64,000 nt of DNA, taken from an uncultured virus (IMG/VR IMGVR_UViG_3300027974_001778) (lineage: Duplodnaviria; Heunggongvirae; Uroviricota; Caudoviricetes). A program made the position numbers and the translations under genes. Numbering within the stretch: the first letter of the stretch is position 1; every line of letters starts with the position of its first letter. The stretch covers positions 1-64,000 of IMG/VR virus record IMGVR_UViG_3300027974_001778, one strand, 5' to 3'. Positions 29,484-39,632 of this stretch are shown piece by piece. A model generated the notes under the pieces. That model did not search any database. It was given only the letters and a program-made list of their open reading frames with translations, and had not been told where the DNA came from.

Positions 29484-32258
29484 TTTTTCTTCCCAACCTT
29501 CCTCGGCTAAATCATACATATAATCTGGCTTAAGACCTCGTCTTTCCCAATAGTTTAATTCTTGTTCAGTTATATCTAAGACATCTTCTTGTAACTTATC
29601 TTGAGAACCCTCATCCAATGGGTGTCCATTAATAAGTTCACACTGAGTTGTTGTAAAGATTCCTCTATCTTGAGGGTTATCAACAATTAAACCATTTCTA
29701 ACTTCGTCTTTAAATACAACCATCAAAGGTTCAATTCTTTTATTGAACGTTGCAATCGCTCTTGGTACATTATAATCACCAGTTAAGTCAGGGTCGTTAT
29801 CCAATATATCTTTATCCAACATATAACAGTTTACCATAACACCATCAGTTATAGGTTTTGACTTAGGATTCATAAGGGAGTTATAAGCATTCGTATCTTT
29901 AATTTGTTTTACGGTCATCTTTTGAACATCACCCTGAGATGATTTAGTTCCGTTGTTAACGTACAAAATAACATCACCTAAATTCACATTTAAATTATTT
30001 TTTAATGCCAATTCCATGTGAGCCATTCTACTCATACTGTTACCAGATTTAGTCTTTGTAGTTAACCTTTTATTATAATCATCAAGACTTAATTTAACTT
30101 TAGCTCTTTGGGCAATCTTACTCAATGGAATTTTTTTATCAAATATGATTTGAAGGTATTCATAATAATATTCAACGAAGGCCTTACCATTACCTTGTAA
30201 TAACATTTTAATACCCTTATCTAAAAACGCCTCAATATATAATGGAAGTTTTTTTGACTTAATACTATTACCCGTTAACTTAATTTTACCTTTGGAATCC
30301 ATAACAGCATAATTCTTACGAGCCAAGTTAATACAAGATGGCCATACCCCATCGGTGTCAAGAGCCATCTCACCTCTCATGAAGATATCATTGTATTCAG
30401 CAACGTCAGCTTCAGGCCCGTAATATTCTTTACCCTCTTTAACCTTCCAATTCAATCCACGTCCAACATAAACTCTGTCGTTCGCCTCATCAGGAGTAGA
30501 AAAGTTCACACCATCCGTATCCATTACCAATGGAACATAACCTTTAGTCATAAAGAATCTAATCATTTGACGAAGGTATTGTCTACCTGTACAAGTGATT
30601 TGTTCCCCCATATACATGTCACCCCAAGCATAAACCTGAGGAGCTGATAAAGCACCGAACATCGAGTTAATGAAAATTTTAATTGGCAATTGTTTATTAC
30701 CATATGATTCAGACTTCTTACGGTCAACATTATAAAACTCTTCGGCAAGTTGTTTGTATTTGATACGAGTGTTACGGAAATAACTTAACATTCCTTTCAT
30801 CGCACCTGTTACATCACAATCAGGAAATACATCATGTACTAATTGAATAGAGGGGTATAGAGACGAGAAATCGAGCTTAAGTACGTTCTTACTATAACCA
30901 ACTTTAAGTAGTCGAGAAAGACCTCCTACGAAGTCTGTCTTGGATTCTTTGGCAGGTATTGCAAGTCCGTGTTTATAAGACCATGCTAACATTAACATTT
31001 TCCATAATGTTGCAGTACCCATAGTAGATACTCTTTCATAAGTTGTTGGAATCATCGCAGCCAACAAGAACGAACCTTGGTTGAACTCTTGGTCTACCTT
31101 AAGGGTTTCATCTAAGTCATCGTCAAGATACATCTCAACTAACTTGTCACCCGCAATCTGATTATAAACATCTGAACGTTTAGAACAAGCGTCATCAATC
31201 TTAGAATCAACACCGACTTTCTTATACTTACCATTCTGAATGTTTAACCAATAATTTTCTTTCTTTGTATAGAATGGTCCAATATCTGAATGGTCAATAT
31301 ATACACGGTCAGGAGCTTCGGCATTAATGTATTGTGTAATGTATTTCAAACCCGCGGCTTTAATACTCGAGTTAATCGCCTGAGCTCTACGAACGGCATG
31401 AATAATATCAATTACATTGTAACCCCAAATAGAAGTTTGAGTAAAATTCTCAACCTCATTGGCAAGTTTCAACATACTATCTTTTCTTGTGAAAGAATGT
31501 TCAGGGTGTAATGATTTACAAATCTTCTTTGGGTCGATACCTAAGATTCTACATCTTTCGAATATCCAATGCCAGTCGAAGTTCGCTGAATTATATCCAC
31601 CAATAATACTTGGCTTAAGTTCATTGATTACCTTGAAGAATTCTATGATGGCATTTCTCTCTTCAGATTCATCCATACATTCGATTACTCTGTGGTAACC
31701 TTTATTGGTTTTAATTCCAATCATGAAGATACGACCGTCCTTAGGTTCAAGTGCAGTCGTTTCTAAGTCAAATACAAGACGGGTAACCTCTTCATAGTTT
31801 TCAAAACCTTTGAATAGTCTTTTTTCTTTTGAAATTAAATATTGTTCTACAGGAGGTAGAACCATCACTTTATCTTTAGTCTTATCACCCCATGGGTCAC
31901 ATCCACCTTCTCTAAAGAATTGGATTAGTTCTCTGTAACCTTTTAAGGATTTAACCATGAAAGTCATACCCTTTTGTAATCTTTCATTACTATGGGTTTC
32001 TAACTTTTCAATCATGATACCATGTTTGGTCATGGCATCTTTCTGAGCTGCTTTTGAACCATTGTAAAAGTTAATCTCACGCAAGTCACCAACCCACGCA
32101 AACGGTGTGAATGTGTCTTTTCGGATTTCCTTTCCTTTACCAGGGATTTCTTTGATTTTGTAAATGCAGTTCTCGCGATAGTCGTATTCGATAGCGACTA
32201 TAAATTCTTCGGGGTCGTTTCCATGTAGGAACGATTCAATATCTTGGTCTGTAAACAT
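29460..32258 (-). CDS. polB: family B DNA polymerase with 3'-5' exonuclease
   Basis: FDLETT, YNSANFD, DFSSLYPSI, KIFINSMFG, MDTDG, KNYA; no intein evident. Confidence 0.95.
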   Translation of the reverse strand: MFTDQDIESFLHGNDPEEFIVAIEYDYRENCIYKIKEIPGKGKEIRKDTFTPFAWVGDLREINFYNGSKAAQKDAMTKHGIMIEKLETHSNERLQKGMTFMVKSLKGYRELIQFFREGGCDPWGDKTKDKVMVLPPVEQYLISKEKRLFKGFENYEEVTRLVFDLETTALEPKDGRIFMIGIKTNKGYHRVIECMDESEERNAIIEFFKVINELKPSIIGGYNSANFDWHWIFERCRILGIDPKKICKSLHPEHSFTRKDSMLKLANEVENFTQTSIWGYNVIDIIHAVRRAQAINSSIKAAGLKYITQYINAEAPDRVYIDHSDIGPFYTKKENYWLNIQNGKYKKVGVDSKIDDACSKRSDVYNQIAGDKLVEMYLDDDLDETLKVDQEFNQGSFLLAAMIPTTYERVSTMGTATLWKMLMLAWSYKHGLAIPAKESKTDFVGGLSRLLKVGYSKNVLKLDFSSLYPSIQLVHDVFPDCDVTGAMKGMLSYFRNTRIKYKQLAEEFYNVDRKKSESYGNKQLPIKIFINSMFGALSAPQVYAWGDMYMGEQITCTGRQYLRQMIRFFMTKGYVPLVMDTDGVNFSTPDEANDRVYVGRGLNWKVKEGKEYYGPEADVAEYNDIFMRGEMALDTDGVWPSCINLARKNYAVMDSKGKIKLTGNSIKSKKLPLYIEAFLDKGIKMLLQGNGKAFVEYYYEYLQIIFDKKIPLSKIAQRAKVKLSLDDYNKRLTTKTKSGNSMSRMAHMELALKNNLNVNLGDVILYVNNGTKSSQGDVQKMTVKQIKDTNAYNSLMNPKSKPITDGVMVNCYMLDKDILDNDPDLTGDYNVPRAIATFNKRIEPLMVVFKDEVRNGLIVDNPQDRGIFTTTQCELINGHPLDEGSQDKLQEDVLDITEQELNYWERRGLKPDYMYDLAEEGWEEKLGLLQTV

Positions 32259-32324
32259 ATGTAATATACGAGTGGTTTATTGGCAATCACAATATTGTGA
32301 AGTTCACCTTACTCATCTTACATA
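32258..32324 (-). promoter_or_regulatory. structured 5' leader of polB
   Basis: 14-bp palindrome TCACAATATTGTGA (32287-32300) nested in ggt/acc, acgagt/actcat and tatgtaa/ttacata arms. Confidence 0.55.
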
Positions 32325-32353
32325 AATATAGAAAATTAAATTGGTTAATCAAA

Positions 32354-32731
32354 TTAACAACAAGCAGTTTCTGAAATAAAACTATCTTGGATATTAATAT
32401 AAAGTTCCTCTCTGATTGGTAGAATTAAATTCCCTTCGTCGTTTTTAATTAAAAATTGACCTTGGTATCTACCAGGAGTATTTGTATCTCTTGCAGTAAA
32501 TTTAAAATAAATGTAATACTCGGGGTCAGCACCTTCAGGTAAAATTAAATTTACAATTTCAGCAGGAGCAGAAACAATTTTAGGAATTCCAGTTTCTACC
32601 TCAACCATAGTGAAAAATATAGTAGAAACCTCCAAGTCTTGCATAAGTTGCAAATAACCTGACCTTCCGTCTTTTACAACCTGCATTTTTAATACAGGTA
32701 AAGTTGCATTCTTTTTTATATAAAATTCCAT
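32354..32731 (-). CDS. BppU-N-like Ig-fold structural protein
   Basis: FYIKKNATLPVL...FTARDTNTPGRYQGQF pattern. Confidence 0.55.
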   Translation of the reverse strand: MEFYIKKNATLPVLKMQVVKDGRSGYLQLMQDLEVSTIFFTMVEVETGIPKIVSAPAEIVNLILPEGADPEYYIYFKFTARDTNTPGRYQGQFLIKNDEGNLILPIREELYINIQDSFISETACC

Positions 32732-32747
32732 AACAATAAATATACTG

Positions 32748-34421
32748 TTATGATTCTTTACGCAGCTCTCTGTTATAATGTTCGAATCTATCGTGTTCTG
32801 TTGGTGTCATAAGTAACAACCCAGGGTACAACTCATCTTTTTTAACTAACTGATACATATGACTCATCCATGTTTGTTCAAACGGATGTGCCCATGTTGT
32901 ATCTAAGAACATTTTTTTATTTCCTGGTCTACTAACAATCTGAGGCCAGTTACAATAATAAACGTCACCAACTGCATATGGAACACCCTTGTGGGATAAC
33001 ACAGCATTGAATTCTGTTTTTGGAGCATTAGGGTCAAGTCCCATTTCTGGAAGTCTTGGTTTACCTGGCCAAAACTCATCTCTTACATGTTGAGGAACAT
33101 TGTACCAAGCCCACTGAGTTCCATTGTCTCCATAAAACTCAGAATAATTCATCTTTAAAAAATCAAAATTTTCTTTCTTAATAATTTCTAAAGACTTTGT
33201 ATATAAATTGGAAACATATCGATTGAATCCATTCCTACAAGATGTCCCTTCATTTGGAAAGAAGAACATATCGTCCTCAAAGAATAAATAATAATCTAAA
33301 TCAGTTTTATCAAAATGTTCGGCAATCCATTGTCTACCACCACATATACCTAAATTATCTTTTTTAATATGTTCAAAATCAAATTCTTTACAAATTACCG
33401 AGTATTCCTCGGTAGTTGACAAATCACTTGAATTATCTAACAAAAACTTTTTAGTTTTTAGTATGTAGTCCTTATCATATGCCAACATAGAATCAATAAG
33501 AGTTCTAAATTGTTTTGGACTATTGAATGTAATAACATACAATCCAACTTTGTTTGGGTCCAAAGTATTGATAACTTTTTCTGTATTTTCACTTTTAACT
33601 TTGAGCTCATCGTTTTTTAAATTTTCAAAAAATGTTCCGATTAAACCATTTGATTCAATTTCAAAATAGTTAATCATATCCGAATGTTTATAAGCCATAA
33701 TACTGAAAATTGATTCTTCAGTACCCATGTATCCATCTTCTAATGTTGATTTAAGTAACCCGTAATAAATTCCGTTAATATCACTTATTGTATGTTTTGG
33801 TCCACCAAAAAATCCTCCTCTGGAAACTTTGGTAACCTTGGCACCAGCAAGAGCATTTAATTTACCATAATTAAATCCATGTATTTCAGTTTCAGCACCG
33901 TATGGAAAACTAACAAATGAAAATTTTGAAATATATTTTGATAAATTATTTAATACTTTATCATGAGTAAAGTATCCTGGATGAACTGTATTCGTTAAAC
34001 CACCATCAATCCAAAACATATATTCCGAATCAAATTGGTCCATTATTTTGGCGTCATGTAATAAAAAAACTTTAGACATAACCAATGGATTATAATTGTC
34101 TAATCTTGCTTGAGTAGATTCTTTTAACCAACCAACTTGATTATACCATTCTGGATTTGTTCTTATTTTTTGAATCATTGGGAAAAACTCTGAATTAGTA
34201 AACCAACTTAATGGTCTTACAATAAACTGAGTGGTTTTAGAACTTCTTCTTTCAAAAACAAATTCTTTTAATTCTTCGTCTCCAAAGATTATTAAGTTTT
34301 CTTCAACCTCTAAAAGTTTTTCAAACTTATCTAAATAATGTTGATAAGGTCTTGACCATCCTTCGGTCAGTTCACCTCTTCCAATATCCCAAATACCTGT
34401 TACTAATGTTATATTACTCAT
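32748..34421 (-). CDS. two-domain glycosyltransferase (HtrL/YibB-like plus GT-A)
   Basis: TLVTGIWDIGR, FWIDGG, GGFFGG, TEESIFS; second domain GGRQWIAEHF...FFEDD. Confidence 0.7.
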   Translation of the reverse strand: MSNITLVTGIWDIGRGELTEGWSRPYQHYLDKFEKLLEVEENLIIFGDEELKEFVFERRSSKTTQFIVRPLSWFTNSEFFPMIQKIRTNPEWYNQVGWLKESTQARLDNYNPLVMSKVFLLHDAKIMDQFDSEYMFWIDGGLTNTVHPGYFTHDKVLNNLSKYISKFSFVSFPYGAETEIHGFNYGKLNALAGAKVTKVSRGGFFGGPKHTISDINGIYYGLLKSTLEDGYMGTEESIFSIMAYKHSDMINYFEIESNGLIGTFFENLKNDELKVKSENTEKVINTLDPNKVGLYVITFNSPKQFRTLIDSMLAYDKDYILKTKKFLLDNSSDLSTTEEYSVICKEFDFEHIKKDNLGICGGRQWIAEHFDKTDLDYYLFFEDDMFFFPNEGTSCRNGFNRYVSNLYTKSLEIIKKENFDFLKMNYSEFYGDNGTQWAWYNVPQHVRDEFWPGKPRLPEMGLDPNAPKTEFNAVLSHKGVPYAVGDVYYCNWPQIVSRPGNKKMFLDTTWAHPFEQTWMSHMYQLVKKDELYPGLLLMTPTEHDRFEHYNRELRKES

Positions 34422-35295
34422 AAATTCTATTAAATTCTTCTAATATTCTATAGAAGCTTTTATTGTTTAAGAAGAGTTCCTCATCAACTCCTCTAGGTGC
34501 GTTGTCTCTACACCACCAAATATCGAAATGTTTTCTAACAAATAAATCTAAATGGTTAAAATACATTAAAGTCATAACGTGTTCTTCATGTGGTATACCC
34601 TTATCTTCAGTTATTATTTTTTGAACATAGTCTTCAAATAAATTAACAACCTCATCCCACTTATCTCTGTGTCCACCAAACATACCACCAATCACATGAA
34701 TACTTCTATCGTATTCAGTATACCATTTTCTATCAACAGTGCCCGACCAATAGTTTCTATCATTTTCTTTACCTAAAATTAAAAACTTATCACTTGTATC
34801 CTCAATAAGATTCTTTAAAAAATCATTATTAAACAAACTACTTTCATAATATCTTTGTTGAATATGTTCATTTGTTAGATACTTTAGGGGAATCAATCCA
34901 CAATGGGATAATCCAGCATCAATCCAATAATAATAATCATAAGATTTATCTTCGTTCCACCACCAATGAAACTTACTGTATTGAACCTCAACACATCTGT
35001 CTCCATTTTTAGTTTCCTCAATATTCTTATATTGATTAATCAAATCTTTAAATTTGGTATTTCCAATATCAAAAACCTGAAACTTAAGTTTGTCTTTTGG
35101 AATTGAGTATTCGACATAAAAAAACTCTTCTAATGAAGGTAATTCTCTATCTGAAGTGTAACATAGGAAATCCGCGTCTGTCATCTTTAAAAGTGACAAC
35201 AAACTATACCTATAATGTCCTCCTCTATTTGGTCTACCTCCAAATTCAGTACCATATAGGTCACTGTAAATTGATGTTATAAATTTAACTGACAT
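34414..35295 (-). CDS. HtrL/YibB-like glycosyltransferase
   Basis: YYWIDAGLSH, IGGMFGG, HEEHVMT; paralogous to the neighbour's N-domain. Confidence 0.65.
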   Translation of the reverse strand: MSVKFITSIYSDLYGTEFGGRPNRGGHYRYSLLSLLKMTDADFLCYTSDRELPSLEEFFYVEYSIPKDKLKFQVFDIGNTKFKDLINQYKNIEETKNGDRCVEVQYSKFHWWWNEDKSYDYYYWIDAGLSHCGLIPLKYLTNEHIQQRYYESSLFNNDFLKNLIEDTSDKFLILGKENDRNYWSGTVDRKWYTEYDRSIHVIGGMFGGHRDKWDEVVNLFEDYVQKIITEDKGIPHEEHVMTLMYFNHLDLFVRKHFDIWWCRDNAPRGVDEELFLNNKSFYRILEEFNRIYE

Positions 35296-36028
35296 AATAA
35301 AATTCTTTATGTTCCCCGTTATCTTTCATTTCTTGAACTTTATATTGGTCCATAAATTCTCTAGGGATTTTAGTTGGACACCACCTATTCCAATTATAGG
35401 TTTGCATGTACCAATTACTATACATACCTTCAGATATGTTTGAATAACCAGCTTTCTGTGGTGCTATTGGTAAAATTGGACAGTAACTTTGATGTTTCTG
35501 AACTATAAATTTAAAAGTATAATCATCTAAGGCGTGAAAATAATCTCCACTTGTAAATGCTGTTAACGCAATATCAAAAATAGAATCGTAGATAGATTCA
35601 TCATATATAACCATATTAGCTGCGTAGATACCACGAGCGTTTTCATCCGCTTCAGGTAAATTAGTCATATCTAATAATAAATTACATTTATCACTAACAT
35701 TAATATCTCTATTTTGAGTTGGCCCTAAATTAAACATTGCAAATTCTAAATCAGGACAAGTGTCTTCTATTTTTTGAAGTAGGTCTTTTGCGTAAGGCAT
35801 AACACCACAATCATCCTCAATAATCATTACACGAGGATAACTTCTTTCTTTTGCAATCTTAATAATTTCAAAAGTTGATTTGGTTATACCCATATAAGAA
35901 TTAGTATCTATCGCAGGAAATCTTTCAAAATCCCATCCGAGATAATTCATTTCCTTTGTAATTTCTTCTAACCTATCAGGTCGTCTATCCAAATTTACAA
36001 TAAACTTAGGGATTTCACTAAATTTCAT
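35285..36028 (-). CDS. glycosyltransferase family 25-like
   Basis: VNLDRRPDR, RFPAID, MIIEDD, SNI. Confidence 0.8.
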   Translation of the reverse strand: MKFSEIPKFIVNLDRRPDRLEEITKEMNYLGWDFERFPAIDTNSYMGITKSTFEIIKIAKERSYPRVMIIEDDCGVMPYAKDLLQKIEDTCPDLEFAMFNLGPTQNRDINVSDKCNLLLDMTNLPEADENARGIYAANMVIYDESIYDSIFDIALTAFTSGDYFHALDDYTFKFIVQKHQSYCPILPIAPQKAGYSNISEGMYSNWYMQTYNWNRWCPTKIPREFMDQYKVQEMKDNGEHKEFYYVS

Positions 36029-37293
36029 TAACTAACAACATTGTGATTTAATTGGCCAGTTATCCTATCACACCATCCTTTTGATTCTGAGTGAGGCCAA
36101 ACTACCCAGTAAGAAGGTAATTCTGTTGTTGGGAATTCTCTCCAAACTTTACAATACTTGTCAGGGTCTCTCATAAATCCTGCAATTTCATTCTTGTCGG
36201 CATCTTTTCTATATAATGTTTCATCCGAACCATTATGGAATGCAACAACCCAAAAATCATAATCAGTTTCAGTAACTTGTGAGTATCCAATATCAATACA
36301 ATGTTTGAATATAGTTGAGAATGAATTTTTCCAATCCTCTTCAGTTTCAAAATTATAAGGACTTGGTGGATATTGTTTGTCCAAACAATGTTTGTCTACC
36401 GCTCTTTTTTCAAATAATAAACCTGAATACTTCTCGTATTCTCTTAGAGTTCTAACAGTACCAAATCCGTATTGCCCATCATGGCCTACTTGAGTTTCAC
36501 CATCCATACCAAATAATTTTCTATTTGTTAAGTGAGAGTGAGTATTTTTTTGACCCCAAGTTTTATCATCATCCCATTGTTTTGTTCTACCTTTACGAGT
36601 GTACTCGTGATAAACTACAGGAATGTGTGGGTGGAATAAATCGTAACCCCATGTGTATGCTCTTGCTGCAATTGAAATCTCTTCACCATGAAAGTAGTAT
36701 TCAGGGTTATGTTGAACTTCTTTTGAAAACTCTCCTAATGTAAAACAGAAGTGAGCTGAATAGAATCTTGACGTAACAGGTTTTTTCATTTCTCTCCAAC
36801 CTGGAATTGTTTCAGGTAAGAAGAATACCGCACCTTCAGGAATGAATCTATCAAAGGCCATTCTCCAAGCATCTTGTGCTCTACCTGCTGGTTCGTTATC
36901 AGGGTCAAAGGAAGGTACATATCCCGTAAGTAGAGGTTTCTTGTACCCATCCTTTTGTAGACCCTTTATCATCTTGATTAGGATATCATCCCAATCTTTA
37001 ACAAATCTCATGTGAGAGTCAATTTGTAATGTATATGATTCTCCATCATAAAGTTGTTGTGTTAGGTTTCTTGCCCAACAAACTCCTTTTGCATCTTGAT
37101 ATGGAATGTCTAAGATTTTAAATCTTTTGTCGTCTCTATATTCATCTAAGTTATCAAACCCGTCTTCCTCTGCGAATTGTCTTGCAATTGAGAATACTAA
37201 ATTTTTAGGTTTCTTGGCGTTTTCCAACATGTCTTTTATTGTTGGTATTAACTGTGGGTCTCTGTAAGACGCAATTTGAACGAATATTTTCAT
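36028..37293 (-). CDS. GT60/Gnt1-type polypeptide alpha-GlcNAc transferase
   Basis: IFVQIASYRDP, GVCWARN, LQIDSHMRFVKDWD, FYSAHFCF, FHGEEISIAARAYTWGYDLFHP, VYHEY, GTVRTLREYE. Confidence 0.85.
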   Translation of the reverse strand: MKIFVQIASYRDPQLIPTIKDMLENAKKPKNLVFSIARQFAEEDGFDNLDEYRDDKRFKILDIPYQDAKGVCWARNLTQQLYDGESYTLQIDSHMRFVKDWDDILIKMIKGLQKDGYKKPLLTGYVPSFDPDNEPAGRAQDAWRMAFDRFIPEGAVFFLPETIPGWREMKKPVTSRFYSAHFCFTLGEFSKEVQHNPEYYFHGEEISIAARAYTWGYDLFHPHIPVVYHEYTRKGRTKQWDDDKTWGQKNTHSHLTNRKLFGMDGETQVGHDGQYGFGTVRTLREYEKYSGLLFEKRAVDKHCLDKQYPPSPYNFETEEDWKNSFSTIFKHCIDIGYSQVTETDYDFWVVAFHNGSDETLYRKDADKNEIAGFMRDPDKYCKVWREFPTTELPSYWVVWPHSESKGWCDRITGQLNHNVVS

Positions 37294-37317
37294 TAATGTC
37301 TATTTTGTATTAAAAAT

Positions 37318-37349
37318 AAAAAACCCTCCACAAAAGTAGAGGGTTTTTT
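37318..37349. terminator. intrinsic terminator (bidirectional form)
   Basis: aaaaaaccctc-N10-gagggtttttt. Confidence 0.75.
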
Positions 37350-37373
37350 GAAATATATTATTTTTAATTATTT

Positions 37374-38420
37374 TTAACAACCTGATGGGTCGACACCTGT
37401 AATCTCACCTGAACCACCTGTAACTAGATATACCGCAGTTCCATTTGAATAATAACCATTTATAACTGGTGTTGATAAACCTGAGTTGTAGTATAAGAAT
37501 TCTCCAACATTTGGACCAATTCCTCCTGATACAGTTCCGTAGATTGTGTTAGGTGCTCCACTGAAATCAATACAAGCTAAGTTTGCTGTACTACCTGTAC
37601 CTAAACTATATTGATAATAAGTTCTTGTTGGTGTGGGCGATGGTGTATGTGTTGGAGTTTGTGTATTTGTAGGTGTATTTGTTGGAGTAGGTGTTAAAGT
37701 AGGACAAAGAGTGTAAGAAAATGCAACTACATCACCATCAGATTGAATTTCAACTACGTAGTTGTTATATTCCAAATATCCTGCTCCTGCAGGAGATGAC
37801 CCGTCGATATTAAGACTGAAATTGTTTACTAAATCAAAACTAGAATTATTACCATACACATTGATTAATGAACCTCCAATATTTCCACAAGCATTTAAAC
37901 TAGTCGAACCAGAATAAACGCTACTAAATAATATACGAGACAATGTTGGTGTTGGAGTTGATGTTGATGATGGTGTATCTGTTGGTGTTTGACTTGGTGT
38001 AATACTTGGAGTTGGAGTTGGAGTTACAGCGGCAGTGCCTGTATTAGTTGGAGTCGGAGTCACAGCAGCAGTTCCTGTTGGTGTATTTGTAGGAGTTGAT
38101 GTATTAGTTGGTGTTTGAGTATTAGTTGGAGTCGGAGTCACAGCAGCAGTTCCTGTTGGAGTATTACTTGGAGTAACACTTGGAGTTGGTGTTGGAGTCG
38201 CGGTTTCACTAATTGGCGGGAAAGCTCCTTGATTAATCAAAGAAACTGAACTAGTATAAACAGGAGAAATTGTATATGTCCCGTTAATTACCCAAATATT
38301 CTTTGTTTGATTTGGATTTAATTCAACTTGATACTCCCAAAGAGAGTCATCACATCTTCTATAATTAAAGTTCACAATTGTGGAACCTGTATTTGTTAAG
38401 GTATATTTGCTACATGCCAT
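37374..38420 (-). CDS. modular mucin-like (Thr-Pro repeat) protein with Cys-containing beta domains; putative virion decoration/fibre
   Basis: 348 aa; three small domains joined by TPTPTNT linkers; TATTTAT upstream. Confidence 0.75.
   Translation of the reverse strand: MACSKYTLTNTGSTIVNFNYRRCDDSLWEYQVELNPNQTKNIWVINGTYTISPVYTSSVSLINQGAFPPISETATPTPTPSVTPSNTPTGTAAVTPTPTNTQTPTNTSTPTNTPTGTAAVTPTPTNTGTAAVTPTPTPSITPSQTPTDTPSSTSTPTPTLSRILFSSVYSGSTSLNACGNIGGSLINVYGNNSSFDLVNNFSLNIDGSSPAGAGYLEYNNYVVEIQSDGDVVAFSYTLCPTLTPTPTNTPTNTQTPTHTPSPTPTRTYYQYSLGTGSTANLACIDFSGAPNTIYGTVSGGIGPNVGEFLYYNSGLSTPVINGYYSNGTAVYLVTGGSGEITGVDPSGC
38041..38159. repeat. 41-bp exact direct repeat within a mucin-like linker
   Basis: gtattagttggagtcggagtcacagcagcagttcctgttgg at 38041-38081 and 38119-38159. 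Confidence 0.8.
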
Positions 38421-38489
38421 CTTAAATGTTATTTATCTAATAAATACTACGATTTTCTCTAATTTTATAAAGTAATCTTATTTTATTTC

Positions 38490-39599
38490 TTAACAAGGAT
38501 TTATGTATGTCACAAATCCATCTCCACTTACAATTATATAAGTACTAACACAAGTAACATCTGTGTCGCCACCAAGAACTGTGAAGCTATAATCAAACCC
38601 ACTACAATCTTTACCAACAAAAAGAGTGTCAGTAGTTCCGCCATAAAATGCATATCTTTTACATAAAGGACCTGACGGTGTTTGTGTTTGAGTTGGAGTG
38701 TTAGTTGAAGTTTGAGTGTTGGTTGGAGTTTGAGTATTGGTTGGAGTTTGAGTATTTGTTGAAGTTTGTGTGTTGGTTGGAGTTTGAGTATTAGTCGGAG
38801 TGTTAGTTGGCGTTTCAGTATTGGTTGGAGTGTTAGTTGGCGTTGATGTATTAGTTGGAGTTGGAGTACTTGTTGGTAATAAAGAACAAAGGGTGAAATA
38901 TCCAACTGTATTACCAGACAAATCAAGTTCAACCAAAACTCCTAAATAATTATAATATCCTGCAATATTTCCAATGATTCCGCCATTTGACGTATTAAAG
39001 AAATAACTATTTTGGTCAAAAATTTGTTCTACACCATATATAGAGGTGCTATCTGAACCGTTACACGCATCGTATGGACTTGTTCCTCCACTTAAACAAC
39101 TAAATTCATATAATATAACTCCTGAAGGAGTTACTGTTGGAGTTGCGGTTTGAGTTGGAGTCTGTGTTTGATTTGGAGTATTAGTTGGCGTTTCTGTATT
39201 AGTAGGAGTTAAGGTATTAGTAGGTGTTACTGTTGGTGTTTGTGTACTAGTTGTGGTGTTTGTAGGAGTTGTACTTGGAGTATTAGTTGGAGTTCCTGTA
39301 TTAGTTGGAGTATTAGTTGGAGTCACCGTTGGAGTTGATGTTACCGTTGGTGTTGGAGAAGTTTCAGTTGGTGTTGGTGTTGGTGTTGGTGTTGGTCCTA
39401 ATATCGATATACTATATGTGTAAGCATATAATGGAACGTAACAATTATATGTTCCGTAATAATAATCTGCAACATAACTAAATGGAAAAACTTGATTACC
39501 TAAGTCAACGGAAGTCCCTCCTGTTTGAGGAAGAAACGTAACTTCGGTTGTTAATCCGCTTAAACTTACACTTGAAATTAATACACCACAATCTGCCAT
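38490..39599 (-). CDS. modular mucin-like (Thr-Pro repeat) protein
   Basis: 369 aa; TPTNT/TQTPTN repeats around 38680-38875 and 39130-39395. Confidence 0.75.
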   Translation of the reverse strand: MADCGVLISSVSLSGLTTEVTFLPQTGGTSVDLGNQVFPFSYVADYYYGTYNCYVPLYAYTYSISILGPTPTPTPTPTETSPTPTVTSTPTVTPTNTPTNTGTPTNTPSTTPTNTTTSTQTPTVTPTNTLTPTNTETPTNTPNQTQTPTQTATPTVTPSGVILYEFSCLSGGTSPYDACNGSDSTSIYGVEQIFDQNSYFFNTSNGGIIGNIAGYYNYLGVLVELDLSGNTVGYFTLCSLLPTSTPTPTNTSTPTNTPTNTETPTNTPTNTQTPTNTQTSTNTQTPTNTQTPTNTQTSTNTPTQTQTPSGPLCKRYAFYGGTTDTLFVGKDCSGFDYSFTVLGGDTDVTCVSTYIIVSGDGFVTYINPC

Positions 39600-39632
39600 G
39601 TTAATAAATACTCAAAAATTTTATTTTATCTT

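Noticed and set aside
29460..32258. Intein or intron in polB (also considered for the helicase)
   Set aside because: The ORFs are continuous, lengths are ordinary, and no intein splice-junction or LAGLIDADG motifs were seen.
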